DNA of 64,000 bases from Minisyncoccota bacterium. GTDB lineage: Bacteria; Patescibacteriota; Minisyncoccia; UBA9983. This document shows, piece after piece, positions 55,626 through 64,000 of this stretch. The position numbers were made by a program, and so were the translations under genes. The notes below the pieces were generated by a model. That model had not been told where the DNA came from and made no database searches. It worked only from the letters and a program-made list of their open reading frames with translations. Numbering within the stretch: the first letter of the stretch is position 1; each line of letters starts with the position of its first letter. The stretch spans positions 31,173 to 95,172 of the forward strand of contig JBAZPC010000001.1 in the NCBI GenBank assembly GCA_041648395.1. The letters run 5' to 3'.

Positions 55626-55656
55626 AAATCTTGAAACTTGAACCTTGAAACTTTTA

Positions 55657-56367
55657 TTATTTTACTCTATTTGATTTAATTTCCCGACCGCATTTCCACG
55701 CAGGCAAATCTAAAACACCAGGATATTGCGGATAAATTTCTTTGGCGAAATAAATTATTTCCTCATTACTGACATCTTTTCTTAAAAGTCCGTTTGCAAT
55801 AAAGCATTTCCTTACCTGCACATCAGGAGATATATCAATAGAAGAATAATCTTTCATTTTAATTTTGAAATCTCTTGCTAAAATATTAGTCGTCATGGTT
55901 GCTATTTTTATACCTACTCCTTTAAATTCTAAAAGCCTTCTCACTATCACGGCACTATTAAGATTTTCAGCCCATATTTTTGAAACATCGTCTTGGTATT
56001 TATTATGAATATCATTAATAGCTGAATAAAATATTTGTTCTGGGTTTTTTATTCTTGGGCGTAAATTTTTATTTTCCAGAAAAATTTTCTTTAGAGATAG
56101 TTTATTTAATTTTAAAAATTTTTTAAATTCAAATCCGCCTATTTTTTTACCTATTTTATATGGAATCAGCCACGCTTTACCTGCTTTTATCCTTCTTTGC
56201 ATAATACAACCAAAAAACAAAATGTGTGGGTATAATTCAATATTATTAAGTATTGATTCCGCTTCTTGTACGCCGGTTTCAAAAGAAATTTTTTCTCTTT
56301 GTTTTTCAAAAAGATATTGCCCGTCTTTTATTAGAGATTCAATAAATTTTCTTTGATTTAATTCCAT
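55657..56367 (-). CDS. HhH-GPD-like DNA glycosylase-fold protein (tentative)
   Basis: Helix-hairpin-helix LLEFKGVGIKIATMTTNILA is followed by a D-rich loop. The start was chosen at MELNQ, overlapping the upstream stop by 4 nt. Confidence 0.4.
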   Translation of the reverse strand: MELNQRKFIESLIKDGQYLFEKQREKISFETGVQEAESILNNIELYPHILFFGCIMQRRIKAGKAWLIPYKIGKKIGGFEFKKFLKLNKLSLKKIFLENKNLRPRIKNPEQIFYSAINDIHNKYQDDVSKIWAENLNSAVIVRRLLEFKGVGIKIATMTTNILARDFKIKMKDYSSIDISPDVQVRKCFIANGLLRKDVSNEEIIYFAKEIYPQYPGVLDLPAWKCGREIKSNRVK

Positions 56368-56371
56368 ATTT

Positions 56372-56722
56372 TTATGTTTCAAGCTTAGATATTGTACCCC
56401 ATAACATTGCTCCAATTTCATCAGCAAATTTGTTGACCTCATTATAATCATCTTTTGATATATAGTCCTCCTTTAATGCAAATTCCAGTAAATACTTTGA
56501 TTCTTGCAATGATCCATAGGCAATTTCAAGAAAATTTTTGTGTACCTTTTGTCTATTCCGCGCATATCCTTCAATATAATTAAGAGCTACCGATAATGCA
56601 GCTCTGCGTAATTGGGAAACCGACCCGTAAATTTCGTCTCTTGGAAATTTCTTGGTTAATCTATAAACTAGATGAACATACTTATCTATTTTATTTTTTA
56701 ATTGTTGATGAAATGTTTCCAT
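56372..56722 (-). CDS. Four-helix-bundle protein (the family often encoded in 23S rRNA intervening sequences)
   Basis: KFPRDEIYGSVSQLRRAALSVALNYIEGYAR...LEIAYGSLQESKYLLEFA is the typical TIGR02436-type pattern. Confidence 0.75.
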   Translation of the reverse strand: METFHQQLKNKIDKYVHLVYRLTKKFPRDEIYGSVSQLRRAALSVALNYIEGYARNRQKVHKNFLEIAYGSLQESKYLLEFALKEDYISKDDYNEVNKFADEIGAMLWGTISKLET

Positions 56723-56761
56723 AAGTTCTATGATTTAAGTTTCAAGATTCATGATTCAAGA

Positions 56762-57481
56762 TCACTTAACAAAATTATCTTTGTGAGTGTGGCGACGCTT
56801 GGTGACTTCTTTATCACTTTCAATTAAGCCATCCTTGAAAGTGATGATGCGCTGGGCGTATTCGGCGGTGTATGTTTCGTGGGTGATGAGAATTATGGTG
56901 TGGCCGTTGTCGTTTAATGTTTCTATTATTTCCATAATTTGCCCGCCTGATTTTGAATCAAGGTTGCCGGTCGGCTCATCGGCAAAAATAACGTTCGGAT
57001 TATTTATGAGTGCCCGAGCGATGGCCACTCTTTGCTTTTCTCCGCCGGAAAGTTTTGATACATCGTGGTTGATTCTGTGAGAGAGACCGACTTGCTCAAT
57101 GGCCTTCAGCGCCATTTCTTCCCAAAATGATTCTTTTACATCTGAATAAAGAAGAGGAAGTTTTACGTTTTCCAGCACCGAGGTGCGGCTAAGTAGATTA
57201 AACATCTGGAAAACAAATCCCATTTTTTTATTTCTCACTTGGGAAATTTCCTCTTTAGAGTAGTCCTTCAATTCCCTGCCTTCAAATTTATATTTTCCTC
57301 CTGTCGGCTCGTCCAAAAATCCGAGCATATGGAGAAGAGTTGACTTGCCGGAACCAGACGGCCCCATAATCGCCACGAACTCCCCTTTTTCAATATTAAA
57401 ACTGACGCCGCAAAGCGCCGGCGTTTTTACCTCCTCATCTCCGTAAATTTTCTCGAGGTTTTCTACCTCAATAAGCGACAT
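56762..57481 (-). CDS. ABC transporter ATP-binding protein (MacB/LolD-type)
   Basis: Walker A is GPSGSGKST. Signature is LSGGEKQR. Walker B is IFADEP. Confidence 0.85.
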   Translation of the reverse strand: MSLIEVENLEKIYGDEEVKTPALCGVSFNIEKGEFVAIMGPSGSGKSTLLHMLGFLDEPTGGKYKFEGRELKDYSKEEISQVRNKKMGFVFQMFNLLSRTSVLENVKLPLLYSDVKESFWEEMALKAIEQVGLSHRINHDVSKLSGGEKQRVAIARALINNPNVIFADEPTGNLDSKSGGQIMEIIETLNDNGHTIILITHETYTAEYAQRIITFKDGLIESDKEVTKRRHTHKDNFVK

Positions 57482-57482
57482 A

Positions 57483-59030
57483 TTATTTCTCAAAGGTGAC
57501 GACCTTATCTCCCTCTTTGATTCCCTCAAGGATTTCAATGTTGCCGTCAGAACCGCGCAAGCCGGTTTTAACTTTTACCTCTGATGTTTCGCCTGTTTTT
57601 TTGTTCAGTAAAATTTTCACGATTTTATCCTGGTCCTTTGACGCCACCGCTCTTTGCGGAATGGAAATTACGTTTTCGCGTTTGTCTGTGAGAACATCTA
57701 TGTTGGCCGTCATGCCTGATTTTAAGCGCTCGTCTTTTTTAAGAAATTGCAAAGTGATTTTATAAGTCGCCACGCCTTCTATCATTGTTTCTGCCGGGTC
57801 AATTTTTGTCACTCTCGCTTCAAAAATCACGTCGTTGCCATAGGCGTCAAGCGTAACTTTGGCGCCGTCGCTTATTTTTATTTTGACGATATCCGCCTCC
57901 GGCACATTCGCCTCCATCTCAAATTGCGATTCGGAAATAAGAGAAACAATAACCGCGCCGACCGCCGTTATTTCTCCGACTTTCGCCTCCTGCTTGGTGA
58001 CAATTCCGTTTATCGGCGCGCGTAAAATCGTTTTCGCGACTTGCGCTTCGTAATTTTTTACGTTGGCTCTCGCCGCCTCCGTCTGTGCTTCCTGGCCGGC
58101 AATCTGCTCCGGCGTTGAACTGGCTTTTTTAAGAGCGAGGTCTTGTTGAGTCAAAGTCAAAGCCGATTGCGCGCTTGATAATCCGTCTTGCGCAGCGGTG
58201 AGGTTGGCAACGGCGGTATTCACATTGGCGCGCGCCGTGGAAACATCCGCCTTATATCCATCTATGATTATTTGAGTCAAAGCGGCGTTCGGTGTCAAAG
58301 AATTTATCGCCAGCGCGATATTATCCAAAAGCAACCTGATTTGGTTCAAATTATTTTTGGCGATGTTAATGTTGAAATCCAAATCGCTTGAAACAGTTAA
58401 AACGCTTAATGAAGAATTCCAAGAATTCAAAACGCTTTCTATTAAAAATCTTTTCCATTCTATATCTGTCTTCAATTGACCAGTCACACTGCTAAAAATA
58501 AACTGGGGATTGGATGTTCTCGGGTTGGTAAAAAATTGGTCTGCTTTGTTTCTTATAGCATCCTCTGATTTGGTGTAAGCGTCATTGATTTTATCAACAA
58601 CCGCTTTCTTCGCCTCGTTCAAAGACACAGCGGCGTTGTCCACTTTCGTCTGATAGACACTTATTTCTTCCGCCCTCGTTCCTTTTTTTAATTCATCCAA
58701 GCTTGCTTCTTGGACTTTCAAGCTCGCTTTCGCCTGGTCAAGTTGGGCAACCAAATCGGAATTGGAAAGCGCGACCAAAACCTGTCCTGCGACGACCTTA
58801 TCCCCGACATTCGCCTTGACCAAAGAAATTTTTCCTCCTTTCTCAAACGCCAAATCAACATCCTGGGCCGGCTTAACCGCACCCGTTACACTCACCTCCT
58901 GCACCACTTCTCCTTTTTGAGCCGAGACAAATTCATAAACAGGCGCCTTTTTTCCTCTAAAAAGAAAATAAGCGCCAACGGCTAGTAGGACAACAACGAC
59001 TGCGATAATAATAATTGTTCGTTTTCTCAT
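57483..59030 (-). CDS. Efflux periplasmic adaptor (HlyD/MacA-type membrane fusion protein)
   Basis: N-terminal TM helix, biotinyl/lipoyl-like half-motifs, a long coiled coil, and a beta-barrel C-terminus. Confidence 0.75.
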   Translation of the reverse strand: MRKRTIIIIAVVVVLLAVGAYFLFRGKKAPVYEFVSAQKGEVVQEVSVTGAVKPAQDVDLAFEKGGKISLVKANVGDKVVAGQVLVALSNSDLVAQLDQAKASLKVQEASLDELKKGTRAEEISVYQTKVDNAAVSLNEAKKAVVDKINDAYTKSEDAIRNKADQFFTNPRTSNPQFIFSSVTGQLKTDIEWKRFLIESVLNSWNSSLSVLTVSSDLDFNINIAKNNLNQIRLLLDNIALAINSLTPNAALTQIIIDGYKADVSTARANVNTAVANLTAAQDGLSSAQSALTLTQQDLALKKASSTPEQIAGQEAQTEAARANVKNYEAQVAKTILRAPINGIVTKQEAKVGEITAVGAVIVSLISESQFEMEANVPEADIVKIKISDGAKVTLDAYGNDVIFEARVTKIDPAETMIEGVATYKITLQFLKKDERLKSGMTANIDVLTDKRENVISIPQRAVASKDQDKIVKILLNKKTGETSEVKVKTGLRGSDGNIEILEGIKEGDKVVTFEK

Positions 59031-59620
59031 TTTTTTATTATTTCCACGGACTTGACTACGACAGGACTAACTGGTTTTGATAATTCTCCGGAATTGCTTT
59101 TTTCAACCGGCGCGCCAGCGATTTTATCAACAACTTCCATTCCGCTCACCACGCGTCCAAAGATAATATAATTTTTCGGCAGAGAATTATTTTGATGCAT
59201 GATGAAAAACTGGCTGCCGTTGGTGTTCGGTCCAGCATTGGCCATGGCCACGGCACCTCTGGTGTATTCTCCGGTAAACAGCTCGTCGTCAAATTTGTAT
59301 CCCGGTCCGCCGGTGCCGTCTCCTTTCGGGTCTCCGCCCTGAATCATAAACCCCTTGATGACACGATGAAAAATTGTGTTGTCATAAAAATTTTTACCGG
59401 CAAGCGAAATGAAATTTTCCACCGTCTTCGGCGTTTCGTTTTCATTCAACTGAATCGTGATATCACCCTCTGATGTTTTTAAAACGGCGAGATAGATTTT
59501 TTTATTATTAGTTTCATTACTCATATTATTGTTATTGCCAGATTTGTTATTTTTTAACCCGTAAATAACTATCGCGCCCAATATCAAGACCAGCGACAAA
59601 ATAAATATCATTTTTTTCAT
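59027..59620 (-). CDS. ppiB: Peptidyl-prolyl cis-trans isomerase, cyclophilin type, with signal/TM anchor
   Basis: FHRVIKGFMIQGGDP...GTGGPGY...GRVVSGMEVVDKI. Confidence 0.9.
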   Translation of the reverse strand: MKKMIFILSLVLILGAIVIYGLKNNKSGNNNNMSNETNNKKIYLAVLKTSEGDITIQLNENETPKTVENFISLAGKNFYDNTIFHRVIKGFMIQGGDPKGDGTGGPGYKFDDELFTGEYTRGAVAMANAGPNTNGSQFFIMHQNNSLPKNYIIFGRVVSGMEVVDKIAGAPVEKSNSGELSKPVSPVVVKSVEIIKK

Positions 59621-59627
59621 AAATTAA

Positions 59628-59894
59628 TTAAATTTGCGGCGCCGATGATTTTTTAGACAGGAGATTGTACAGCCATGCGACGGCAAACCCAAAAATGTAC
59701 CCATCAACAAATCCCCAAACCGCTCCGATGATTCCTCCCAAAATGGAAGCACCGTATCCGATATAAAAATCGCTGGCAATCATCACTGATCCCACCCCCC
59801 AATTGAGATATTTAGCAGTAAGCGCTATTAAAAACATGCACAGCGCAGAGATTATCCCGATTGCAAGACCCAAGGCATTTCTATTTAAATTCAT
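59628..59894 (-). CDS. Small Gly-rich membrane protein
   Basis: An 88-aa protein with 2-3 TM helices. Confidence 0.4.
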   Translation of the reverse strand: MNLNRNALGLAIGIISALCMFLIALTAKYLNWGVGSVMIASDFYIGYGASILGGIIGAVWGFVDGYIFGFAVAWLYNLLSKKSSAPQI

Positions 59895-60012
59895 AATAAT
59901 AAAATTTTAATTTTTTTGACCTGCTTGCGCAGGCAAGTTCGACCATTTCTATTATTTTACATAATAAACAACCCCGACACAAGGTCGGAGCCGTTTATTT
60001 ATATCTAATCTT

Positions 60013-60735
60013 CTATTTCTTGATATCTATCAGGATTGCCTGGATTTTGGCCAGCGCTTTGTTCCAAATTCCTCTCACGAGCAATTTGGTCCCAACCTGA
60101 ATATCGGCGAAAGCGGCGGTTGTTGTTCCTTTTGTTATCTTGGTGTCAGCCGTCACATTGACCGTCTGATTTCCGCGCTCTTCTGTTTTTAGAACGAAAC
60201 TGCTTGAAGAAGCGTTTACGCTTTCAACTGTTCCTTTAAACACTCCGTGCTTCGCCTGAATTGAAACGTTTCTCACTGTCTTGGCGTGGACAAGAAAATT
60301 ATTGCTTGCGTCCAAAGAACCAGCAACATTCACGACATCGCCAACGGAAAACTCCGTCACATTAGAAGTGCCCCAGAATTGTCGGACAATTTTCGCGCCT
60401 TTTGTGTCAATCGTGTAAGCGTAGCTGAACACGGATACTCCCAAAGTATCGGTGCCGACACTCGTCACCTTCGCGGCTTTGATTAAAACTTCCGTGGATG
60501 GTTTGTCAGTCGGACAATTGCCGACTTCCTGACAAATGACGCGTCCGACGATTTCCCTAATGGAAAGTTCCTGGCGCAAATCGTTCTTGGCGACATCCTT
60601 CACATTCGGTTTTACTTTCTCGGCCTTTTCTATTTTGTTATCGTTCTCGTTTTCGTTCGCTTTTGCTACTCCAGTCGCAATTGTCAACCCTGCCACCAAG
60701 GCAACAACTGCAAACGCAATTAAATATTTCTTCAT
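60013..60735 (-). CDS. Secreted hypothetical protein
   Basis: A signal peptide followed by a beta-rich repeat-like domain. Confidence 0.5.
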   Translation of the reverse strand: MKKYLIAFAVVALVAGLTIATGVAKANENENDNKIEKAEKVKPNVKDVAKNDLRQELSIREIVGRVICQEVGNCPTDKPSTEVLIKAAKVTSVGTDTLGVSVFSYAYTIDTKGAKIVRQFWGTSNVTEFSVGDVVNVAGSLDASNNFLVHAKTVRNVSIQAKHGVFKGTVESVNASSSSFVLKTEERGNQTVNVTADTKITKGTTTAAFADIQVGTKLLVRGIWNKALAKIQAILIDIKK

Positions 60736-60817
60736 ATTTTTTTTCAGATAATTATGTTGATAATATAACGACCTTTTGTTTCTTCTTTACATTATAGACG
60801 ATTTTCGCGCTAGTTCA

Positions 60818-61345
60818 TTACTTCCTCTTGCGTATCAGCCAATAAATGAGAATTATAGCGGAATAATTTAAAATAATAAACCACGGTTGGCCCCATGAGA
60901 AGCCGTCAAATTTCCATTCGGAAAACGGCCAGAGAAACGGCGTAGGGTAAAATTTGTAAGAGTGCGTGGGGATGTCTATGAGAATATGAATAAGCCATCC
61001 GCCCATTTCCCAAACGAATTTACGTTTGATTAAATAAATCAAAGCGAAGATGGCAAAAAACACCGCCACGCTGTGGCTGACGCTGTAAAGAACGGAAGTG
61101 AGCCGAAAAATTGGCAGAGTGTCGGGTGGCATCGGTTCACTGTGTTCCGGCCTTGGAAAATCGGAAAAATTCATGTTGCCGGAAATTAAATTGTACGCCA
61201 GCCAGACAAAAGGAATGGAAAATGAAAACAAATCAGGAAACATGCCCCAAAAAACGGCCGAGTAAACATTCAGCTGGTTTTTTATTTTTTTGTTTGCCGC
61301 TTTGTACGCCGCTCCCGCCCAAAGGCCATGCGAAAAAATATCCAT
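60818..61345 (-). CDS. Membrane-bound metal-dependent hydrolase (DUF457/YdjM-like)
   Basis: The N-terminal MDIFSHGLW motif and several TM helices. Confidence 0.55.
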   Translation of the reverse strand: MDIFSHGLWAGAAYKAANKKIKNQLNVYSAVFWGMFPDLFSFSIPFVWLAYNLISGNMNFSDFPRPEHSEPMPPDTLPIFRLTSVLYSVSHSVAVFFAIFALIYLIKRKFVWEMGGWLIHILIDIPTHSYKFYPTPFLWPFSEWKFDGFSWGQPWFIILNYSAIILIYWLIRKRK

Positions 61346-61476
61346 ATTTTATTTATTATAGCTTATCTGAATAATCTCATTGAAAGGTCATCTTTCATCA
61401 AGGCGATGTTAGCCGACTCAATGGCGGCGTCAAAACTTAAAAATTTTTTTACTTTTTTAATCATTTTCAAATTTAT

Positions 61477-63525
61477 TTATAATATCTTTTTTCTTAATAA
61501 CACCGCATTAAAAGCGACGATAACTGTTGACGCGCTCATAAGCGCCGCGGCAACGGCCGGCTGAAGAATAATCCCCTGCGAGGCCAGCGCGCCGGCGGCC
61601 AACGGCAACGCCACCAAGTTGTATCCGGTCGCCCAAAAAAGATTTTGAATCATTTTTGCGTAAGTGAGTTTTGAGAGTTTGATAATTTTCGGAATGTCGC
61701 GAGGGTCGTTTTTGACCAGAATAATTCCCGCCGATTCAATGGCGACGTTTGTTCCGGCGCCGATGGCAATGCCCAAATCCGCCTGCATAAGAGCCGGCGC
61801 GTCATTCACACCGTCGCCAACCATTGCAACCTTATAACCCTTTTGCTGAAGCGCTTTTACTTTTTCGGACTTTTCGTTGGGTAGCACTTTTGCAAAATAT
61901 TCATCAATGCCTAATTCTTTTGCTACCCATTCGGCAACATCTTCCGAGTCGCCGGTAATCATGGCGGTATGAATGCCGGCTTGCCGAAGCGAGGCAACGG
62001 CTTCCCTTGATTCCTCTCTGATAATGTCAGCCAGAGCGATGGCGCCAAGTAAACGATTACCGACAGCGACAAAATTAATGGTCTTGCCTTCTTTTGACAG
62101 CGCGTCAATTTTATTTTTTACATCATTAGAAATTGATATTTGCAAATCTTGCATAAGAGCGATGTTTCCGACGAATATCGTTTCTCTGTTCACTATTCCC
62201 TGCGCGCCTTTTCCGGGAATTCGTTTGAAATTTTTTACCTCGCGCAATAAAATTTTTCTCCTCTCTGCTTCTTTCATAATCGCTTTGGCAAGCGGATGTT
62301 CAGAGAGAGCGTTGACCGCCCCGGCCGCGGCAAGAATTTCTTCCTGATTGGCCGACGTCGCGGAAATAATTTCGCTAACGCCGAATTCTCCTTTTGTTAG
62401 CGTTCCTGTTTTATCAAACAATACGGTATTGATTGTCCGCGCCACCTCAAGTGACAAGCGCTGTTTAATCAAAAGCCCGTTTTTTGCCGCCATTGCCGTT
62501 GAAATGGAAGCAACGAGCGGCACTGCCAAACCGAGCGCATGCGGACAGGCGATGACAAGAACGGCAACCAGGCGCTCGGTGGCAAACACAACGCCAGCTT
62601 TAACTGACAGCCAAACAACAAAAGTGGCCGCGCCCGTTAAAACCGCAATGATTGTCAAATACAACGCCGCCCGGTCGGAAAGCATTTGAAGCCGCGACTT
62701 GGAAGCTTGGGCTTCAGCCACCAAGCGCATCACGCCGGCGAGAAATGTGGCTTCGCCTATTTTGTCCACTTGAACGGTAAGTCCTCCGTCTCCGTTGATT
62801 GATCCGGCAATGACGCGCTCGCCGATTTTTTTGCCTACCGGCTTTGATTCGCCGGTGATAATTGATTCGTTTAAATCGGACTGGCCTTCAACAATGACGC
62901 CGTCAGCCGGCACTTTGCTTCCCGGACGGATGAGTACCTTGTCTCCGGCTATCAATTCTGAAATTAGAATTGTTTGCGTCTTGCCTCCGCCAGCCGGCGG
63001 ACGAATTACATCTGCCGTGTCCGGCAGAAATTTTGCCAATTCTTTTAAGGCGCCTTGCGCTCCGGCAACCGCCTTCATTTCTATCCAATGGCCGAGGAGC
63101 ATCACGGCGATTAATGTTGAAAGTTCCCAAAAAAGCGTTTCCTTCCTGCCAGTCAATACCGAGAAGACGCTGAATGAATAGGCCGCTGTGATTGCGAGCG
63201 AAATAAGCGTCATCATGCCGGGCAGTTTTGTCCGAAGTTCGCGATACGCGCCTAGAATAAAAACCCAGCCGCCGTAAAAAAACACAATCGAGGCAAGAAA
63301 TAAAACGGCGTATTCGTATCCGGGAAAACGGGGAGCTTGCCAGCCAAATATTTTTTCAATAATCTCCGAATACGCAAGAATCGGAATTGTGAGCGCAAGT
63401 ACAACCCAAAATTTTTTTAGAAATGATTCGGTATGATGCCCGGCGTGCCTGCCCGCCGTTGGAGAGGGCTTGCCCACCACAATGGAGGGCTTATTTGACT
63501 CATGATGTTGGTGATTGTGATTCAT
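61477..63525 (-). CDS. Heavy-metal (Cu+/Ag+) translocating P1B-type ATPase
   Basis: CPH in ACPHALGL, DKTGTLT, and GDGVNDAPAL. His-rich N-terminus MNHNHQHHE. Confidence 0.9.
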   Translation of the reverse strand: MNHNHQHHESNKPSIVVGKPSPTAGRHAGHHTESFLKKFWVVLALTIPILAYSEIIEKIFGWQAPRFPGYEYAVLFLASIVFFYGGWVFILGAYRELRTKLPGMMTLISLAITAAYSFSVFSVLTGRKETLFWELSTLIAVMLLGHWIEMKAVAGAQGALKELAKFLPDTADVIRPPAGGGKTQTILISELIAGDKVLIRPGSKVPADGVIVEGQSDLNESIITGESKPVGKKIGERVIAGSINGDGGLTVQVDKIGEATFLAGVMRLVAEAQASKSRLQMLSDRAALYLTIIAVLTGAATFVVWLSVKAGVVFATERLVAVLVIACPHALGLAVPLVASISTAMAAKNGLLIKQRLSLEVARTINTVLFDKTGTLTKGEFGVSEIISATSANQEEILAAAGAVNALSEHPLAKAIMKEAERRKILLREVKNFKRIPGKGAQGIVNRETIFVGNIALMQDLQISISNDVKNKIDALSKEGKTINFVAVGNRLLGAIALADIIREESREAVASLRQAGIHTAMITGDSEDVAEWVAKELGIDEYFAKVLPNEKSEKVKALQQKGYKVAMVGDGVNDAPALMQADLGIAIGAGTNVAIESAGIILVKNDPRDIPKIIKLSKLTYAKMIQNLFWATGYNLVALPLAAGALASQGIILQPAVAAALMSASTVIVAFNAVLLRKKIL

Positions 63526-63662
63526 TTTACCACACTATTTAACATTCTCACATTCTTGCTTGCCCGCCCGCAGTTTTAACGGAGGAGGGAGAATGTTGGA
63601 GTGTTATTAATAGGCCTGATTTTTGACGCTAACGGCTCCGATGTTTTCATAGGAGGTTATTT

Positions 63663-64000
63663 TTAAGGGGAAATTATATCTTTCTCGGAAATGACTTTAA
63701 CTTCAATATCATCAAACAGAAATGCGGTGTCATCAGATGTTTCAAAATTTATCTTGCCTGACAAAAACGGGGATTGCGCATCTTTATATTTTATCAGCAG
63801 ATTTGCGTCGAGGTAGATGTTAAAAATATTATTATACGCTTTTATCTCCAATGTGTGCCAGCCGCCTTCAAACGAGGCGGGGCTGTCCGCCAACTCCTGG
63901 TATATTCCCTTGTTTTCATTAAGACCTTTGGCGAGGGAGATATGGTTGCCCCCTTCTTCTAATCTAAGTATATATCTGCGCGTTATCTCCGTTGGCATAA
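63663..64000 (-). CDS. Hypothetical protein, C-terminal part; the gene continues beyond the window end
   Basis: The ORF is open to the window edge. Confidence 0.35.
   Translation of the reverse strand, partial: MPTEITRRYILRLEEGGNHISLAKGLNENKGIYQELADSPASFEGGWHTLEIKAYNNIFNIYLDANLLIKYKDAQSPFLSGKINFETSDDTAFLFDDIEVKVISEKDIISP

Noticed and set aside
1-64000. rRNA genes, tmRNA or RNase P RNA
   Set aside because: No rRNA-like conserved stretches were seen, for example the 16S 3' end or 23S motifs. I could not recognise tmRNA or RNase P by eye. Only one tRNA (Ala) was found.

Overview
This 64-kb window looks like a small, low-GC bacterial genome. Reduced aminoacyl-tRNA synthetases, a giant surface repeat protein and many short hypothetical genes are consistent with a CPR/Patescibacteria-like organism; that assignment is inference only. 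I saw no rRNA, CRISPR array, transposase or integrase.

Most of the window is housekeeping, mainly on the minus strand from about 11 kb onward. The calls include rmuC, rplU, recR, dnaB, cysS, corA, tgt, a C-terminal (S41) protease, rplI, pyrG, rpmA, gltX, lysS, PBP2-mreDCB, proS, rseP, frr, holB, tRNA-Ala(UGC) and ddl. Further along are uppS, Zn-type and MacAB-type ABC transporters, an ECF sigma/anti-sigma pair, a cyclophilin and a P1B copper ATPase.

The unusual part is the first ~9 kb. Between a sensor histidine kinase (892-2583) and rmuC (8935-9969) the original junction between the two genes appears to have been copied three times. Each copy combines a piece of the 3' end of a histidine-kinase gene with the promoter and 5' start of rmuC, and each is immediately followed by a different gene set.

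- **Cassette 1 (3436-5914):** a transglutaminase-like cysteine protease converging on a radical-SAM/SPASM enzyme that carries an N-terminal PqqD-like RiPP recognition element. A Shine-Dalgarno-equipped 40-codon ORF (MKKEKQYVPPKAEAKGNTKNLVVGAIHKSCSSSSARVKKG) sits immediately downstream of the radical-SAM gene. This looks like an undescribed RiPP-type peptide-modification system.
- **Cassette 2 (6180-8795):** a peptidase S51 (peptidase E/cyanophycinase-like), a peptidase S66 (LD-carboxypeptidase/MccF-like) and an unknown protein that may have a divergent GGDEF-like palm domain.

Other oddities:
- Two copies of a palindromic element containing GCGATCGC.
- 38-bp hairpin direct repeats bracketing a PaaX/Cas2-fold gene.
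- A 1701-aa surface protein with very recent tandem DNA repeats.
- A GC-rich palindromic insertion inside holB.
- A degraded M23 peptidase gene.
- A MacAB-like efflux operon interrupted by two unrelated genes.
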